Positions 60,228-64,000 of a stretch of DNA of 64,000 nucleotides are shown piece by piece. Numbering within the stretch: position 1 is the first letter of the stretch; each line of letters opens with the position of its first letter. The notes under the pieces were generated by a model. The model had not been told where the DNA came from and made no database searches. It saw only the letters and a program-made list of their open reading frames with translations. The DNA comes from Sphingobacteriales bacterium. Its GTDB lineage: Bacteria > Bacteroidota > Bacteroidia > Chitinophagales > Chitinophagaceae. The position numbers were made by a program, and so were the translations under genes. The stretch is taken from contig JAPLEF010000011.1 in NCBI GenBank assembly GCA_026391525.1, positions 1,527 to 65,526 of the forward strand, read 5' to 3'.

Positions 60228-63089
60228 ATGAAGATCAGTGTATTCATTATTGCTCTGTTTTGCAGTTTGTTAGCACTTTCTGCGAAAAGCCAGTTGGTGG
60301 TTACGAATGCTGCTAATGCCTCTTCATTAGCTCAAAAGCTGGTAGGTGAGGGCATCAGCATCAGCAATGTAACTTTCACAGGCAATCTGTTGATGACCGG
60401 ATTCTTTAAGAATCAGGGGAACACAAATATCAATTTGGATAGCGGAATTGTGCTTACATCAGGAAGAGCAAAAACGGTTGTGTCATCATTTGAAAATGGT
60501 GTAGATGGGAATGGAACTTCCTTTGCCAGCTCCGTCAATGCAAGTAACGACTGGTCACTACCGGGCGACCTTGACCTTGCCACTGCTATAGGGTCAGATG
60601 TACTTGATATGAATGACGCCTGTGTTCTGGAATTTGATTTTATCCCATCCGGGGATTCTGTAAAATTCAGGTATGTTTTTTCTTCTGAAGAATATGTGCC
60701 GGCATTTGCTTGCGAACTATTCAATGACGCTTTTGCTTTTTTTATTTCTGGACCGGGTATTACAGGACAAAGAAATATAGCTTTGGTACCCAATACCAAC
60801 CTGCCTGTATCCATTGAAAACATCAATAATGTACTCGATTTTGGCAGTATCCCATTATGCCCGGCTAATCCCGGCTACTATGTTTCCAATTCGAATAACA
60901 CCCGGTTTACCCATGATGGTCATACAATAGTGCTTACTGCTCTTTCAAGAGTAACACCCTGTGTATCTTATCACCTTAAATTGGTAATCGCTGATAACTT
61001 CGATGACGTATACGATAGTGGTGTTTTTTTAGAAGCCCGCAGTTTGAGTTCCAACCAGTTAACATTGATTAACAATACGCAATTGGATAGTTTAAACAAT
61101 ACCAGTTATCTGGTTGAGGGATGTGTAAACGGAGGGTTCAAGGTAAAACGCCCGCTTCCATCGCCAACTCCGCTGAGCATCTCATTATCCTATTCCGGAA
61201 CCGCTGTAAATGGGGTAGATGTGCAATTATTACCTTTAACGGTTACCATACCTGCCAATGACACTGTTGTATTGGTAAATGTGGTTCCTATCGTAGATAA
61301 TCTACCTGAAGGAATTGAAACCCTCAAAATTTATGGCTTTGCCAATTGTAATAGTGTAACCCCTACAGATAGTACAACCATTCAGATCAGGGATTACGAC
61401 ATTCTATCACTTGTGCCCGATTCAACGATCATTTGCAGGGGAAGTTCTATACAGTTAACTGCATCAGCTGGTTACAATACCTATCAGTGGAGCAGCACGC
61501 CCGGATTAAGCAGTTATACCGTAAATGCGCCATTTGCAACTCCATCATCCGACAGTACTACATTTATTTGTACGGCAACGATAGGAAACTGCAATGCCAG
61601 AGATTCTGTGTTTCTTTCCTGGAAAAGTATCAGGCTCGATTCTGTGAAACAGGTGAATTGCCGGAATGCTTCTACAGGCCAGATTCATGTATCCGGTTCC
61701 GGGCCATGGATTGCGCCGGTAAGGTTTTCTATCAATGGCGGAGCATTACAATCCAGTGGGCATTTCACCAACTTACCTGTTGGTAATTATCTTATCCGTA
61801 TAAGTGATGCCGGCAATTGTATTGATAGCCTGTTTGCAAATATCACTCAGGCGTACCCTGATTTGAATATTCTTGATACAGCAGTAACCGCTTCATCCTG
61901 TACTGCTGCTGCAACCGGAACAATAACCATCACCGCAGGAGGAGGCAAGCCACCTTATCGTTATGCCCTTGATAACGGTGCTTTTCAAACAAATAATGTG
62001 TTGAATGTAGCCACTGGTATTCATACCATCAGTGTGAAAGACAGTAATGCCTGTGTGGTTTCATTAACGAATATTTTTGTGCCATTCATCAATACAGTGA
62101 CCCTTGCTACCGGAGCCAACCCCGTTATTTGCGAAAGCGAAAGCACAACATTACCCGCCAGCACTAATGCAGTTTCGGTAAGATGGACACCGGTTGCTAC
62201 GCTGAATAATGCCGCATTGCTTAACCCGATTGCCAATCCGGTTGTTACTACTAAATACTACATTACCGCAACAACAGGTGTTTGTACCCAACGCGATTCG
62301 GTAACTGTAATAGTGAATCCTGCGCCTATGGCCAATGCCGGTATCGATACCACAGTTTGTTATGGTGGCGATATCACTTTGCTGGGTAGCGGAGGAACAG
62401 ATTACAGTTGGTCTCCGGCAACTTTACTCATTAATCCAACCAGCGCAAACCCGATCGCTTCCGGTTTTACCGGCCCCCAAAAAATTAAATTCTGGTTGTC
62501 TGTTAAAGATGCCAATGGTTGCACTTCTTTATCTCAGGATACGATGACTCTTTACATCCCCCCTCCGGCAAAACTTTTTGCCGGAAGAGATACCTTTGTA
62601 GCCATCAGGCAGCCGCTTCAATTGATGGCAACAGATATCAATAATATCGGCTTTGTGAATTATGCCTGGGAACCTTCTGCTCCGTTGAATGATGCAGACA
62701 TCAGAAATCCTGTTGCTACGCTTACTGCTGCTATCACCAATTTTGTAGTTACCGCAACTACCAGTGCCAACTGCAGTGGAAAGGATACCGTTATTGTAAA
62801 AACCTACCGTGGTCCTGAAATTTATGTTGCAGGTGTATTTACACCAAATGCTGACGGAACGAACGACTTGTTGAAAGCCATCCCTGTTGGAATGAAATCT
62901 TTCAGTTATTTCAATATTTATAACCGTTACGGACAACAGGTATTCAGTACAACCAATCAGAACAAAGGGTGGGATGGCCGTTTCAAGGGATCTATGCAAT
63001 CCATGGGCACTTATGTTTGGATTGCTGCCGGTATCGACTACAAGGGAAACCTGGTGCAACGAAAAGGAACAACCATGATCATGCCTTAG
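60228..63089 (+). CDS. Choice-of-anchor L domain protein with SprB-like repeats and a T9SS type-B CTD (start reassigned to 60228)
   Basis: LEFDF..FRYVFSSEEY..NDAFAFFISGPGI..NIALVP; C-terminal FTPNADGTND...IYNRYG...GWDGRFKG. Confidence 0.88.
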   Translation: MKISVFIIALFCSLLALSAKSQLVVTNAANASSLAQKLVGEGISISNVTFTGNLLMTGFFKNQGNTNINLDSGIVLTSGRAKTVVSSFENGVDGNGTSFASSVNASNDWSLPGDLDLATAIGSDVLDMNDACVLEFDFIPSGDSVKFRYVFSSEEYVPAFACELFNDAFAFFISGPGITGQRNIALVPNTNLPVSIENINNVLDFGSIPLCPANPGYYVSNSNNTRFTHDGHTIVLTALSRVTPCVSYHLKLVIADNFDDVYDSGVFLEARSLSSNQLTLINNTQLDSLNNTSYLVEGCVNGGFKVKRPLPSPTPLSISLSYSGTAVNGVDVQLLPLTVTIPANDTVVLVNVVPIVDNLPEGIETLKIYGFANCNSVTPTDSTTIQIRDYDILSLVPDSTIICRGSSIQLTASAGYNTYQWSSTPGLSSYTVNAPFATPSSDSTTFICTATIGNCNARDSVFLSWKSIRLDSVKQVNCRNASTGQIHVSGSGPWIAPVRFSINGGALQSSGHFTNLPVGNYLIRISDAGNCIDSLFANITQAYPDLNILDTAVTASSCTAAATGTITITAGGGKPPYRYALDNGAFQTNNVLNVATGIHTISVKDSNACVVSLTNIFVPFINTVTLATGANPVICESESTTLPASTNAVSVRWTPVATLNNAALLNPIANPVVTTKYYITATTGVCTQRDSVTVIVNPAPMANAGIDTTVCYGGDITLLGSGGTDYSWSPATLLINPTSANPIASGFTGPQKIKFWLSVKDANGCTSLSQDTMTLYIPPPAKLFAGRDTFVAIRQPLQLMATDINNIGFVNYAWEPSAPLNDADIRNPVATLTAAITNFVVTATTSANCSGKDTVIVKTYRGPEIYVAGVFTPNADGTNDLLKAIPVGMKSFSYFNIYNRYGQQVFSTTNQNKGWDGRFKGSMQSMGTYVWIAAGIDYKGNLVQRKGTTMIMP

Positions 63090-63092
63090 TGT

Positions 63093-63983
63093 TTAACTGA
63101 TTCCATTTACAACTGCTTCTTTGTATATTTTTTGAACAAGGCCCTGTAATACTTTTCCGGGTCCTGCTTCTGTAAAATGCGTAGCGCCATCATTTACCAT
63201 CGATTGGATGGTTTGCGTCCATTTTACAGCTCCCGTTAATTGAGCAACCAGATTTTTTTTGATGATTTCCGGGTCTGTTTCCGGAGCGGCATTTACGTTC
63301 TGGTAAACCGGACAAATGGGATTATGGAAAGTTTTTTTAGCGATGGCGGCTTCAAGTTCTGTTCGGGCTGAATTCATCAATGGCGAATGAAATGCGCCAC
63401 TCACGGGAAGCAATAACGCTCTTTTTGCTCCGGCAGCTTTCATGGCTTCGCAAGCAAGTTCAATGCCTTTTGTGGTGCCGCTGATCACGAGTTGACCGGG
63501 ACAGTTATAATTTGCAGGCACAACAATTTGATGATGTTCAGCAGCGATTTTCAAACAAATTTCTTCCACTTTTTCATCTTCTAATGCAAGGATTGCAGCC
63601 ATAGCTGAGGGTTGTAAGGAACAAGCTTTTTGCATGGCGTTCGCCCTCAGTGCTACAAGAGGTAATGCATCTTCAAAAAGCAGGGTTTCATTGGCAACTA
63701 ATGCGGAGAATTCTCCAAGAGAGTGGCCTGCAACCATATCTGGGATGGCCTGATTCAGGCTTCGGTAAGCCGCAATCGAATGAATAAATACGGCAGGCTG
63801 GGTGATGGCTGTTTGTTTCAATTGTTCATCCGAACCCGTAAACATGATAGCTGAAATGTTGAATCCCAGTATTTCATTGGCCTGTTCAAAAATAAGTTTT
63901 GCTGCCGGGTTTTGTTCATAAAGCGTTTTACCCATACCGCTGAATTGCGACCCCTGTCCGGGGAAAAGGAAAGCCTGTTTCAT
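63093..63983 (-). CDS. fabD: Malonyl-CoA:ACP transacylase
   Basis: FPGQGSQ, TQPA, GHSLGE, NYNCPGQLVISG, VSGAFHS, GPGKVLQGL. Confidence 0.97.
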   Translation of the reverse strand: MKQAFLFPGQGSQFSGMGKTLYEQNPAAKLIFEQANEILGFNISAIMFTGSDEQLKQTAITQPAVFIHSIAAYRSLNQAIPDMVAGHSLGEFSALVANETLLFEDALPLVALRANAMQKACSLQPSAMAAILALEDEKVEEICLKIAAEHHQIVVPANYNCPGQLVISGTTKGIELACEAMKAAGAKRALLLPVSGAFHSPLMNSARTELEAAIAKKTFHNPICPVYQNVNAAPETDPEIIKKNLVAQLTGAVKWTQTIQSMVNDGATHFTEAGPGKVLQGLVQKIYKEAVVNGIS

Positions 63984-64000
63984 ATAGCAAGTTTACCCTG

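Overview
A 64-kb window from an AT-rich Bacteroidota chromosome. Chitinophagaceae-like affiliation is inferred from T9SS PorP/SprF genes, type-A and type-B CTD proteins, DUF2795, the efp-accB-accC order and TAnnTTTG promoter boxes. Most of the window is housekeeping: DEAD helicase, recG, hpt, grpE-dnaJ, recN, fabI, fused 2-oxoacid dehydrogenase E1, accBC, efp, mdh, fabD and three large T9SS type-B cargo proteins. Accessory content: (i) 1-8.8 kb, a co-oriented run of exported and outer-membrane proteins after an FGE-family gene; (ii) 10.2-19.9 kb, a block of three lipoprotein YtcJ-like amidohydrolases, a decayed fourth copy and three outer-membrane beta-barrel genes (one with a nonsense codon), ending in a REP-like hairpin array; (iii) a 121-bp non-coding hairpin element found twice. 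One copy sits inside an Smr gene and replaces its C-terminus. The other carries a nested TA-flanked 19-bp hairpin and a 77-bp tandem duplication. The EF-P has an atypical Arg32 loop (KTARAAA). I saw no CRISPR array, tRNA, rRNA, transposase or reverse transcriptase.
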